A stretch of 64,000 nt of DNA, from IMG/VR virus record IMGVR_UViG_3300020182_001907; one strand, written 5' to 3'. The translations under genes were made by a program, and so were the position numbers. The first letter of the stretch is position 1; the number at the start of each line of letters is the position of its first letter. The DNA is from a virus. Shown piece after piece: positions 1 to 10,100 of this stretch. The notes beneath the pieces were generated by a model. The model was not told where the DNA came from. It was given only the letters and a program-made list of their open reading frames with translations, and made no database searches.

Positions 1-1635
1 TGTTCCTTGAACGCCTTGTATTCCTTGTATTCCTTGTGTTCCTTGTATTCCTTGTGTTCCTTGTATTCCTTGTGCACCAGTTGTTCCTTGAACGCCTTGC
101 TGTCCTTGTATTCCCTGAGTTCCGTCCGTTCCTTGAGTTCCGTCTGTTCCCTGAGTAGCAGTACCATTTGTTCCCTGAGTAGCAGTACCAGTTGTTCCTT
201 GAACGCCTTGCTGTCCTTGTATTCCTTGTGTTCCCTGTACACCTTGCTGTCCCTGGATTCCTTGTGTTCCTTGTATTCCTTGTGCACCAGTTGTTCCTTG
301 AACGCCTTGCTGTCCTTGTATTCCTTGTGTTCCTTGGATTCCTTGAGTTCCGTTTGTTCCTTGTAATCCGCTAACTGTGCCTGGATCAGTAAAGGCAACT
401 GTACCTGAACCGTTAGTTGCTAGTACGTAACCTGTTGCGCCGTCTGCATTGGGTAGATCGTAGTCATTAATTTTTAGAGTGGGCGTAATAAAGCCTTGAT
501 CTACTTGCCACTTGTTTAGTGCATTACTATAAGTAAAGGATCTAAGTGTACCGTTTACATTAGCAGATAAACCAGCATCGCTAGCATCGCCATCGCTGTT
601 TACAGTTATAAAATTGTCTTCTACTGTCAACTCCGTGGTGTTGACCACGGTGGTTGCTCCATTTACTGTTAAGTTACCCGTAATAACTGCATCATTGCTT
701 ACTGTTAATGCACCAGCAGTTAGCATGTCAGTAGTCTTGTTGTAGGTTAGACCAGCATCACCGTTAGCAGCACCACCGTCATTAAAGATAACTTGCGTAT
801 CTACACCGCCGACAGGTCCAGTAATGCCTTGTATTCCTTGCTGTCCCTGGATTCCTTGCTGTCCCTGGATTCCTTGTGTTCCTTGGATTCCTTGAGTTCC
901 CTGTACACCTTGCTGTCCCTGGATTCCTTGCTGTCCCTGGATTCCTTGTGTTCCTTGTATTCCTTGGACGCCTTGGACGCCTTGTATTCCTTGTATACCG
1001 GTAGAGCCTGCTAAATTCACTGTCCACGAATTAAATGTACCTGAGCCAAATGCGAGGTCTGAGTTAAATACTAACTCGCCTGTTCCGCTGTTATACGAAG
1101 TAACAGTGCCTTCCATATAGTTAGTGCCACTGTTTGACACAAGTATGGTTTGATTTAAACTATAAGCAAGACCAGTATCAACTGTGATAGTTCTACTGCC
1201 TGTACCAATTGCTATGCTTGTGGAACTAGTAGTTTCATAAATGTCGCCGCGAATTCCTTGTATACCTTGAACGCCTTGTGTTCCCTGTATTCCTTGAACG
1301 CCTTGAACGCCTTGTACACCTTGCTGTCCCTGGATTCCTTGTGTTCCTTGTATACCCTGAGTACCTTGTACGCCTTGAACGCCTTGTACACCTTGCTGTC
1401 CTTGTATTCCTTGTGTTCCTTGTATTCCCTGAGTACCTTGGACGCCTTGAGTTCCCTGTACACCTTGCTGTCCTTGAATTCCTTGTGTTCCTTGTATACC
1501 CTGAGTACCTTGTACGCCTTGAACGCCTTGAACGCCTTGCTGTCCTTGTATTCCTTGTGTTCCTTGTATTCCTTGTGTTCCTTGTATTCCTTGTGTTCCT
1601 TGAACGCCTTGAACGCCTTGTACACCTTGGAGTCC
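1..1635 (-). repeat. 9-nt-period collagen triplet repeat blocks (about 1-365, 820-1000, 1250-1635)
   Basis: Repeating plus-strand units such as ccttgtatt, ccttgtgtt and ccttgaacg encode G-X-Q on the minus strand. Confidence 0.9.
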
Positions 1636-3006
1636 ATCTACGGTTGTTGGATCCTGGAATGATACAGTGCCTGCACCGTCTGTGGCCAAGACGAAACCAG
1701 CAGTACTGTCTGCAAGTGGCAGTGAATAATCGTTAATTGTAAGAGCTTGTGTTGTTACTTTGCCAGCAACAGTTGCATTACCCATTGCAACGTTGCCACT
1801 AAATTCACCCGTTACTGCGCTTACTTCACCTGTTGCTGAAAGGTTAGCTGCACTAACGTTACTAGAGAATGTACCAGTTGTTGCGCCACTTAATGCACCG
1901 CTGCTTAATGTAGCAGTACCGTCAGTTAAACTGCCACCTTGTACCGCACCACTAAATGTTGCATTTACGCCTGATGTGATATTACCGGCTGTTGCAGTTA
2001 ATGTACCGTCAGTTAAACTGCCACCTTGTACCGCACCACTAAATGTTGCCGCTACACCTGAAGTAATACTACCAGAATTAATACTTAATGTACCGTCTGT
2101 TACTGTGCCGCCTTCTAAGTTACCAGTAGCAGTAACAGATGTTACTGAGACATCATTGTCTAGGTTAACAGTTAATGTTTGTCCTGACCCTGCCGTGTTA
2201 ATGTTAGTGCCACCACTTACTGTGAATGTTTGACTGTCAAGATCAACAGACAAAACACCGCCTGTATCCCCTGAAAAGTCAAGATCTTCAGCAGTTAATT
2301 GGGTATCAATGTATGATTTGATGCTCTCTGATGTTGCTAGTGTAGCGTTGCTGGATGTGGCCATTGTGTTGTCATCTATGATGTCAGTTACACTTACTGC
2401 ACCAGTACCACTTAAACTGTTAAATTCAACTATACTGGCATCAACAGTACCACTTGCTGTTATATTAACAACGCCTGTTAGGCTTCCAGCAGTCAATGAA
2501 GCAGTGCCGTCTGTTAATGTACCACCTTCTAAGTTACCGCTAAACGTACCGTTTACTGCGTTAGTTAAAGAACCAGAATTAATTGTTAATGTATTATCTG
2601 AAAACGTGCTTGCTGACACTTGATTAGAAAACGTAGCGTTAATTGCAGAAGTAATATTACCAGAATTAATTGTTAAGGTGCTGTCTTGTAAACTTGTACC
2701 CTTAACAGTACCAGTAATATCAATAGTACCAGTACCGTTAATAGTGTTTGAATTTAAATCTAAATTACCGCCTAACTGAGGAGTTGTATCATCGACTACG
2801 TCAAAAAGACCGCCAGCATTTGCAGTTGTGCTAATCCAGGCAGCACCGTTATAAATTTTTAATTCGGTATCAGATGCATCAATCCACAAATCACCAGTAG
2901 TAATGTCTACTGTTGGTTCGCCTGGACTGGCATAAATTTTAGCTCCGCCTTTGCTTATTTTAAAACTTGAATGTGTTGTACCTTTGAAATTGCCAAAGAC
3001 TGCCAT
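1..3006 (-). CDS. Collagen-like (Gly-X-Gln) tail fibre / virion fibre protein, 3' end truncated by the window start
   Basis: Absent from the ORF track because no stop lies in the window. ATG at 3006 follows an AGGAG RBS (3013-3017). It reads [21 protein letters not shown]...[13 protein letters not shown], then Thr/Gly-rich repeats and long GTQ/GIQ/GVQ runs, still in frame at base 1. Confidence 0.85.
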   Translation of the reverse strand, partial: MAVFGNFKGTTHSSFKISKGGAKIYASPGEPTVDITTGDLWIDASDTELKIYNGAAWISTTANAGGLFDVVDDTTPQLGGNLDLNSNTINGTGTIDITGTVKGTSLQDSTLTINSGNITSAINATFSNQVSASTFSDNTLTINSGSLTNAVNGTFSGNLEGGTLTDGTASLTAGSLTGVVNITASGTVDASIVEFNSLSGTGAVSVTDIIDDNTMATSSNATLATSESIKSYIDTQLTAEDLDFSGDTGGVLSVDLDSQTFTVSGGTNINTAGSGQTLTVNLDNDVSVTSVTATGNLEGGTVTDGTLSINSGSITSGVAATFSGAVQGGSLTDGTLTATAGNITSGVNATFSGAVQGGSLTDGTATLSSGALSGATTGTFSSNVSAANLSATGEVSAVTGEFSGNVAMGNATVAGKVTTQALTINDYSLPLADSTAGFVLATDGAGTVSFQDPTTVDGLQGVQGVQGVQGTQGIQGTQGIQGTQGIQGQQGVQGVQGVQGTQGIQGTQGIQGQQGVQGTQGVQGTQGIQGTQGIQGQQGVQGVQGVQGTQGIQGTQGIQGQQGVQGVQGVQGIQGTQGVQGIQGIRGDIYETTSSTSIAIGTGSRTITVDTGLAYSLNQTILVSNSGTNYMEGTVTSYNSGTGELVFNSDLAFGSGTFNSWTVNLAGSTGIQGIQGVQGVQGIQGTQGIQGQQGIQGQQGVQGTQGIQGTQGIQGQQGIQGQQGIQGITGPVGGVDTQVIFNDGGAANGDAGLTYNKTTDMLTAGALTVSNDAVITGNLTVNGATTVVNTTELTVEDNFITVNSDGDASDAGLSANVNGTLRSFTYSNALNKWQVDQGFITPTLKINDYDLPNADGATGYVLATNGSGTVAFTDPGTVSGLQGTNGTQGIQGTQGIQGQQGVQGTTGAQGIQGTQGIQGQQGVQGTQGIQGQQGVQGTTGTATQGTNGTATQGTDGTQGTDGTQGIQGQQGVQGTTGAQGIQGTQGIQGTQGIQGIQGVQGT
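1916..2049. repeat. 47-bp exact direct repeat with an 87-nt (29-aa) period inside the fibre gene
   Basis: gtaccgtcagttaaactgccaccttgtaccgcaccactaaatgttgc occurs at 1916-1962 and 2003-2049. Confidence 0.9.
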
Positions 3007-3077
3007 TGAATACTCCTGTAAGTTCTATGCTGTTAGTTGCATGGTCTGCATAATTTACGCAGTCTCACATAATATAG

Positions 3078-3085
3078 TATTTATC
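3078..3085 (-). promoter_or_regulatory. T4-like late promoter box GATAAATA
   Basis: tatttatc on the plus strand, about 70 nt upstream of the ATG at 3006; the same motif precedes other structural genes. Confidence 0.7.
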
Positions 3086-3109
3086 TAAAGACACAATTAT
3101 TTACTTTAT

Positions 3110-6100
3110 CTATATTAGTATTTCAACAAATCCTTCTGATTCTGAATCTTTATCGCTTAAAGCCACGCCAATTATTTGTAATTTATTAACGTCGTTACTA
3201 GTTGTTACTTTTGCAACTCCTGGTATGCTGCTTGCTATTAGCGTATCGCCTTTGTTAACGATGCCTACTACTTTAACTGGAACTCTTCCTCGTAATGCCA
3301 CTTTACAAATATTCTTTCCAGCTAATGCCATATTCATTAGATAAGACGGAAATTCTGATACAACTCCGGCAATTGGTTTTTCACCTAGTGTTGTGCTCTG
3401 AGTTACTTCAGCAGAACCACCAACTACTAGTACTGTGCCAGTTTCGTACTCTTTGTCTGCAATGTAGTTTTCAGCTAAATCGCCAAACAATGCTCCAGAC
3501 GAAACAGTAGTTAATACGCCTGTACCTACATCATATGATAAATTACCCGATGTGTCAATTGTAGCATCTTGGGTTCCCGTTCCTGAAACTAATACAGGAT
3601 AATAAGTTCCGGATGCAGGAGCTTCAACAGACGAGATTTTTGTTGCATCGCCTTCGCCACCTTGTATACCTTGATTACCTGTAATACCTTGGCGTCCTTG
3701 TATTCCTTGTTGGCCTGTGTTGCCTTGTAATCCTTGAACGCCGCCAGAGCCTTGAACACCTTGTACACCTTGGATTCCTTGTATACCTTGTGTAGCAGTA
3801 CCCTGAACTCCTTGTGTAGCAGTACCTTGTAATCCTTGAATACCAGTTATGCCTTGAGATCCTATTATTCCTTGTAGTCCTTGGACGCCTTGTACAGAAA
3901 TTCCAATCATTCCTTGTACACCTTGTACACCTTGGACGCCTTGTGGTCCTATGTCACTGGTGCTAATAGTACCGCCCATTGCAGCATGAATAGAGCACTG
4001 GTAATAAAGAGTAGCAGGCGCAGTATCAGATACTGTAATTTGTACTACTCCAGCATCTGTGCCGTTGTTTGTTACGCCAGTGTTATACTGATCGCCAGTT
4101 CCAGTAGTTGGTGCTGTTTTAATATAGAAAGGATGGCCAGGTGCATTAACTGCAAATCTGTATGTAAATCCACGTAATAACTGTATTAATGGATTAGAAA
4201 TACCGTCAATTAAATATTCAACACTACCATTATTTGTAACTCCGTAAGTTCTAGTTCCTACTTCACCTATAGCACCTTGAATACCTTGTATACCTTGGTA
4301 CCCTTGAATACCTTGTATGCCTTGCATCCCCTGAATGCCTTGTAGTCCAGTGGAGCCTATATCACCTGTACGAGCAAAAGTTATAATTAATTCTTCTTGT
4401 AAATCAAATGTAGTTGCGGATCCTGATACGTAAGCTACGTCGACAGTGTGATATGAACCAGAGTCTGTTGATCCTGAAATAGTGTATAATACAAAATCAC
4501 TGGCGTCCAACTTGTTGCTGATACGCACATGCCCTTTTATTGTTGAACTAGAGTCGTCGATTGTGATTAAAAAATCTTCAATGTTGGTGCCGAACGAATC
4601 TGTTTCGCTTATAATCATAGCAGTGCCAGAGGTTAAATCAGCGTTATTAATTTTTACATTTCCTAAGGCAGGAGCAATAAGGGTAGTAGCGGTGTCAAAT
4701 TGGTAATAGAAAGTTGCTCCGCCAAAATTTCCTTCTTTTCCTTGAATACCTTGTGGTCCTGATGGACCTTGTGTACTGTTATCAACTCCTTGGATACCTT
4801 GAACACCTTGAACGCCTTGTAAACCTTGTATTCCTTGAACGCCTTGGTTACCAAATTCACCTTGTATTCCTTGCATGCCTTGGACGCCCTGGACGCCCTG
4901 AGTAGAAATACCAATTAATCCTTGTAGACCTTGAACACCTTGAACTCCTTGCTGGCCATTAAATATGAATGACGAAGTATAGTCGTCTCCTGGAGTAGTA
5001 GATAGCAAATTACCAGTAATGAAATTTACATCAAAATATCCCCAAAGACTTCCTGATCCCCATGTCCAGTCAGTAATTTCGTAAAGTGCAAACACTTCTC
5101 GGTTGTTTTTTTCTCGTACAATAACTTGTGCTTTTACTTGATTCGATATACTGTCAATGGCGTTAAACATTTGGTCTAGCGCCGTGCCGCCGCTATCTTT
5201 AGGAGTATCCCTGTATACTATTTGAGAAGCTGTGGCACCATTAGTTGTATTAAAAGAAAAGCTCAGACTACCTGGATCAGTAATAGTTACAGCTCCGTTT
5301 AATTCATATGTCCATATGTTTCCTTCACTAACGCCAAGCAAACCTTGTATACCCTGTACACCTTGAGGTCCTATTATTCCTTGTAGTCCTTGTAGTCCTT
5401 GTAGTCCTTGTAGTCCTTGTGTACCTATAGCGTCAATACCTTGGATACCTTGTAGTCCTTGTGTACCTTGGATGCCTTGGGTGCCTTCGCTTCCTTGTAC
5501 ACCTGTTATACCTTGGATACCGATTGTGCCTTGCAAACCGTCGTTACCCCTAATTCCTTGACGTCCTTGACGTCCTTGACGTCCTTGTACGCCTTGGGTG
5601 CCCTGTGTTCCTTCGTCGCCAGTAATGCCTTGGATTCCTTGAATGCCCGTAGGACCTATGCCGCCAGTGGTACCTTGTGTACCTGTTATACCTTGAATTC
5701 CGTCGTCGCCTTCGATGCCTTGAATACCTTGTAGGCCGTTGTCGCCTTGAATACCAGTTATGCCTTGGTTGCCGCCAATACCTTGTAATCCAGTTGTGCC
5801 TTGTTGTCCTTCAGGTCCTTGGGGGCCTACGATTTGACCTACATTTTCCCAAGATATACCGTCCCATACCCAAAAGTTTAAAGTTGCTGCATCTATAACG
5901 CCGTCACCTGGGCTTGCTCCTGGAAATTGAGAACTGATATAATCACTTTCATTTTGTCCAGGTAACCCTATCGTAACATCGTCAACTGAACCGAGAACAT
6001 TAATAGATGGACCGTACCTACCTTGTATGCCTTGGCGTCCTTGTACTCCCTGAATGCCTTGCATTCCTTGTATACCTTGTATGCCCTGAATACCTTGCTG

Positions 6101-6403
6101 CCCCTGGATGCCCTGAATACCTTGCTGCCCCTGGATGCCCTGAATGCCTTGCTGTCCTTGTAGGCCTTCGTTGCCTTGTATACCTTGAAAACCTTGAGTG
6201 CCTTGACGTCCTTGTATTCCTTGTAATCCTTGTAAACCCTGTGTGCTAGGGATCCAGTCAATACCATCACTATGATATAGCAACCCGTCATCGCCTAAAA
6301 CTATACCACCCTTGTAGTATTCTGCGCTAAGTGGTATAGGTACTGGGTATTCTCTGGACGGTCCAATTACTCGGTCACGTCCGCCTACGGATCTAATTGG
6401 CAC
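3110..6403 (-). CDS. Collagen-like fibre protein with a cupredoxin-like insert and a C-terminal intramolecular chaperone (peptidase G2-like) domain
   Basis: GTG start with an AGGAG RBS (6411-6415). Five G-X-Q blocks are separated by globular domains. It contains GHPFYI...YYQCSIHAAMGG, and the C-terminal DLAENY...GTVLVVGG...VALRGRVPVKV is typical of fibre autoproteolytic chaperones. Confidence 0.8.
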   Translation of the reverse strand: MPIRSVGGRDRVIGPSREYPVPIPLSAEYYKGGIVLGDDGLLYHSDGIDWIPSTQGLQGLQGIQGRQGTQGFQGIQGNEGLQGQQGIQGIQGQQGIQGIQGQQGIQGIQGIQGMQGIQGVQGRQGIQGRYGPSINVLGSVDDVTIGLPGQNESDYISSQFPGASPGDGVIDAATLNFWVWDGISWENVGQIVGPQGPEGQQGTTGLQGIGGNQGITGIQGDNGLQGIQGIEGDDGIQGITGTQGTTGGIGPTGIQGIQGITGDEGTQGTQGVQGRQGRQGRQGIRGNDGLQGTIGIQGITGVQGSEGTQGIQGTQGLQGIQGIDAIGTQGLQGLQGLQGLQGIIGPQGVQGIQGLLGVSEGNIWTYELNGAVTITDPGSLSFSFNTTNGATASQIVYRDTPKDSGGTALDQMFNAIDSISNQVKAQVIVREKNNREVFALYEITDWTWGSGSLWGYFDVNFITGNLLSTTPGDDYTSSFIFNGQQGVQGVQGLQGLIGISTQGVQGVQGMQGIQGEFGNQGVQGIQGLQGVQGVQGIQGVDNSTQGPSGPQGIQGKEGNFGGATFYYQFDTATTLIAPALGNVKINNADLTSGTAMIISETDSFGTNIEDFLITIDDSSSTIKGHVRISNKLDASDFVLYTISGSTDSGSYHTVDVAYVSGSATTFDLQEELIITFARTGDIGSTGLQGIQGMQGIQGIQGYQGIQGIQGAIGEVGTRTYGVTNNGSVEYLIDGISNPLIQLLRGFTYRFAVNAPGHPFYIKTAPTTGTGDQYNTGVTNNGTDAGVVQITVSDTAPATLYYQCSIHAAMGGTISTSDIGPQGVQGVQGVQGMIGISVQGVQGLQGIIGSQGITGIQGLQGTATQGVQGTATQGIQGIQGVQGVQGSGGVQGLQGNTGQQGIQGRQGITGNQGIQGGEGDATKISSVEAPASGTYYPVLVSGTGTQDATIDTSGNLSYDVGTGVLTTVSSGALFGDLAENYIADKEYETGTVLVVGGSAEVTQSTTLGEKPIAGVVSEFPSYLMNMALAGKNICKVALRGRVPVKVVGIVNKGDTLIASSIPGVAKVTTSNDVNKLQIIGVALSDKDSESEGFVEILI

Positions 6404-6414
6404 TTAATTTCTCC

Positions 6415-7107
6415 TTAAAAGAATATGTCATCTTCTTCTGCTTGTCCTTCTGTGTAGCTCACAGTAGCGTGAATATAATCATCTATGTTTGCTCTGATTT
6501 GTAATTTATCCCTAGTAAGTAAAAATTGGCCGTTCATAGGAAAAACTAATGTATCTTCTGCTTCGACTCTAATGTCTTTTGCTAGGTAAAAATGGCCATC
6601 GGTTGGAGACAAATTATCATCTGTTACTGTTACAGAAAACCCTGTTCCTATACCAGTAGTACTTAACTGTTCTAGTGGTTCAGGCAGTGCCTGAACTGGG
6701 TCGCCAACTACAAAACTGTCTACATTAAAAGACGTAACTTTTCCTACGCCGTCAATAGCGGCAACGCTTATTACACATCCGTTAGTTAACGTAACATTAT
6801 CTGTGACTGCATGTCCTAAACCGCCAGTGAAAACAACGAAATCTGTTTCGTCTTGACTGGCAGCTATTAATCTTGTTCCCCTAACAACTTGTATATCTAC
6901 AGTTGCTGGACCATTAAAATAATTAGAAAGCAGTATTGGGGATGAAACTTCGCCAACACCTGGAGCAATTCTTCGAGAAATACCAAACCCTACTACGGGG
7001 ATGTCGTAATCTGGTATTTCTGCAAATGTAATCCAGTCAGTTGTTAGGTTTCTGCTAGTAGCTAATGGTTTAGCACTAGGTGCTTGTTCTGTTGTAATCC
7101 TAGGCAT
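6415..7107 (-). CDS. Hypothetical virion-associated protein (230 aa)
   Basis: Translationally coupled to the upstream gene (TAATG overlap at 7107), GAGG RBS, located in the fibre cluster. Confidence 0.7.
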   Translation of the reverse strand: MPRITTEQAPSAKPLATSRNLTTDWITFAEIPDYDIPVVGFGISRRIAPGVGEVSSPILLSNYFNGPATVDIQVVRGTRLIAASQDETDFVVFTGGLGHAVTDNVTLTNGCVISVAAIDGVGKVTSFNVDSFVVGDPVQALPEPLEQLSTTGIGTGFSVTVTDDNLSPTDGHFYLAKDIRVEAEDTLVFPMNGQFLLTRDKLQIRANIDDYIHATVSYTEGQAEEDDIFF

Positions 7108-10100
7108 TAAAAGCCTCCTCTTGAATTTGCTAATCTTCTTGCGATAGCACGTACACTGATGTTAAATGGACGGCCTTCAAACTTTCCTGTTTGGCCGTTA
7201 ATTTTTGTACCGCCTGCAAAGTATTGATTATTTATTTCGTCGGCACCACTCCATCTTACACGTCCACCGTTTTCCTGCAATATGCTGAATGGCACTGGTC
7301 TATTAAAACCAGGCTTGTTAAAGTTAAGCGGCAGGGCGTTTGTATTCACACCTGCACCAGCATTATTAAATTGGTGTGCTAACGATTCAACTAGCGATCC
7401 AAATGTTACTGTTATTGGATTAGTGACTGTGTTTTCGAACGCATCTACTAGTTCGCCTATCATTATGCCCACGTCTGTTCCTGGGCCGCCGGCTTCATTT
7501 TGTAACAATTGTTTTATCTTTGCCCAAACATGTTGAAATGCAGGTATTTGTTCTGCAGGAACAACTAGCCCTCCTTTATAATCATAATATGCTTGTGCTG
7601 CGGCTTGAGTGGTCATTTCTTTTCCTGATACTATATCAAGACCAATACTTTCAATGATTATTTTATCGTCTTTTTTACAGATGTTTTCAAAATAATTGCT
7701 GTAAGTAGCATCTAACCAATCTGTTGTATTAGTTTGTATTGTGCTAACGTTACTTGCTATATTTACACTGTCAGTTACAGTGACAGTATCTACCCAGGTT
7801 GTGTTGGGTAATACTTCTGCGGGTAGCGGATTTCCTATAGGATTATCTATATAGCCAGTGATAACTGTCATTAAGTTTGCAATCACAGATGCTTCAGTAG
7901 CAGTTGCTAGAGTATACGGGTAAGTTTCTTGTCCTGCTTCAAGCCCTTGTATAACGTTTTGCATAACTGCGCTCATGTCGTTCCAGGCAGCTATCGTAGC
8001 TGCTTTTTCTGCTATAGGAACAACTAAATCGCCATAAGTATAATACGACCGTGCTACACCTATGGTAGCAAAGTTGCCGCCGTACAGCACATCGTGAACG
8101 ATACCGTCCAAAATATATCCTGCATCTCTGCGACATGACGCTGTGTCATAACTTAGCATTGGATAGTTTGATGTAACAAAATCTATTGCTTTAGTTAGTA
8201 TAAATTCTTTGTTTAGTAACAATTGATTCTTAGCATCATCTGCGTTTGTTGTAGGTGCATAACCTAGTATTGCAAATAAATCACTGTTAATAAATTCTAT
8301 GGTTTGCGCCTGAATTTGATTACGTTTTACTAATACTGTAGTGTAGTCTGCTTGAACAGCACCACCAATTGTGCTGGTGGGCTCAATTGGTTCGGGGATA
8401 TAAGCATTAGTACCTTTTTTAATTGCGTAAATAATTGTATCCATTAAATCTTCAACACGATTTTGTTCTGCTGTAGTGACTACTACTGAATTAAAAATAC
8501 TTTTTGCTGCTTCGTAAGCTGCTAATGTAGCTGTACTTTCTCCTTCCCCTAATTGTCCTTCTACTCCTGGATTAATAGGGCCATCAGTATCAACAAAATA
8601 ACTTTGAGCCACTGTTATTGTAGCGTAAGTGCCACCATATAATATATCGTGAGTTAGACCGTCAATGATATAACCTACATCTCGTTCACACTTAGCCTGA
8701 TCATATTCCAGATCTGGATAATTTGTGCTTATGTAACCTATCACTTGGCTAGAAAGTGATGCTCTATTATTCTGTAACACTGTTGATGCGGTGACATGAT
8801 CTCCGGTTGAACCTAAGCTAGCATAAGCGTTAGGAAATGACAGTGGGTTTGCATTTACTTCACCATTTTGCAATATATCTAAGACTTCGTCAAACCCAGC
8901 ACTTATTAAAGACGTTGTTACTGGATCTAAGCCAGGTATAGCAATAGCAGTATCCCTAGCAAATTCTATTGCTGCCACTGTCCACACAAGCTGATCTGTA
9001 ATTGCTTTGTTTGCTGCAACGCGAACATAGGATAACCCAGCTGTTACTGTATTATAATTTGTACCTAAAATACTGTCTAGCATAACACCTTTTATAATAA
9101 GGCCTACATCACGATAGCACTTCTCTTCATTGTACAGTGGTACTCCAGGCGTTTCAAAGATATATTCATGATTTGTATCTTTGTTGCGAATTTTTTTAGT
9201 TACGTTATTAAATAATTTTTTTACTGCGGTTTTGTTACCTGGACTTGTAATTTTAATTGTTTCGTCTTTTGCATATTCAATAGCATTTAACGTTTGATTA
9301 TACTGAGTAGAATTTACATAAGCTATACCTGCAATATTACGCAAATAACTCATACCTGCTGTAATTGTATTATAATTTGTTCTCATTAAAAGATCTTGTT
9401 TAACTGCATTTAATATGTAACCAACATCACGCTGACAAGTTGCTACATCGTATTCGAACCCGTTCGTCCACGGCACAAAGTTTGGATCTGTGTTCACATT
9501 GCCATATCTATCTGGTCCGTTATCTACTAAATCTTGCCATACTAGATCAGTAAGTACTTCAGCATTAGACAATATAGCGTTACCGATTTGTGCGTTCGCT
9601 ACCAATACATCTGTACTGCTCACAGTATAAGGAGATACCACTGTGGTATTACCACTTGATCTCAAACTGATATCACCAAATTGTGTACCTGAGTTGTTCA
9701 ATGTTAGCTGGCCACCGTTTAGTGCATAGAATGCTGTGCGCTGGTAAATGGTCATAGAGCTGATGCCGTTGATGCCTGCACCGTTTTTAGCAACATATCC
9801 TAAGCCATTGTTAGAACGTGGCGTGGCACCAAAACACAGCATGTATGGATATGTACTACCAGCGCTTACCACTGAGCGGTCTGCTAATACCATACCGCCG
9901 CCTTTGCCAACAGCTGGGTTACCAGTTGCTGGGTCTAGGGGTGGTGCTGGCTTCAGATAAGTTTCGTTGCTGAGTTGACTACTGTCTCTGCAATATGGTG
10001 AGCGCTTGATAATTGCGCCTGGGGCAAATGCATAAGCAAATCCACCCGAAGGATTATCTAGGTCATCTACTTCCATATTTCTAAATGAAAATCCCTGACA

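Noticed and set aside
1-1635. Regular repeats that could be mistaken for a CRISPR array or satellite
   Set aside because: The 9-nt period has wobble variation and no unique spacers; it is explained by collagen coding.
7-6291. Many short ORFs in the track with LYSL/LVFL/YKEH-type repetitive sequence
   Set aside because: They are antisense or off-frame shadows of the Gly-X-Gln collagen genes.
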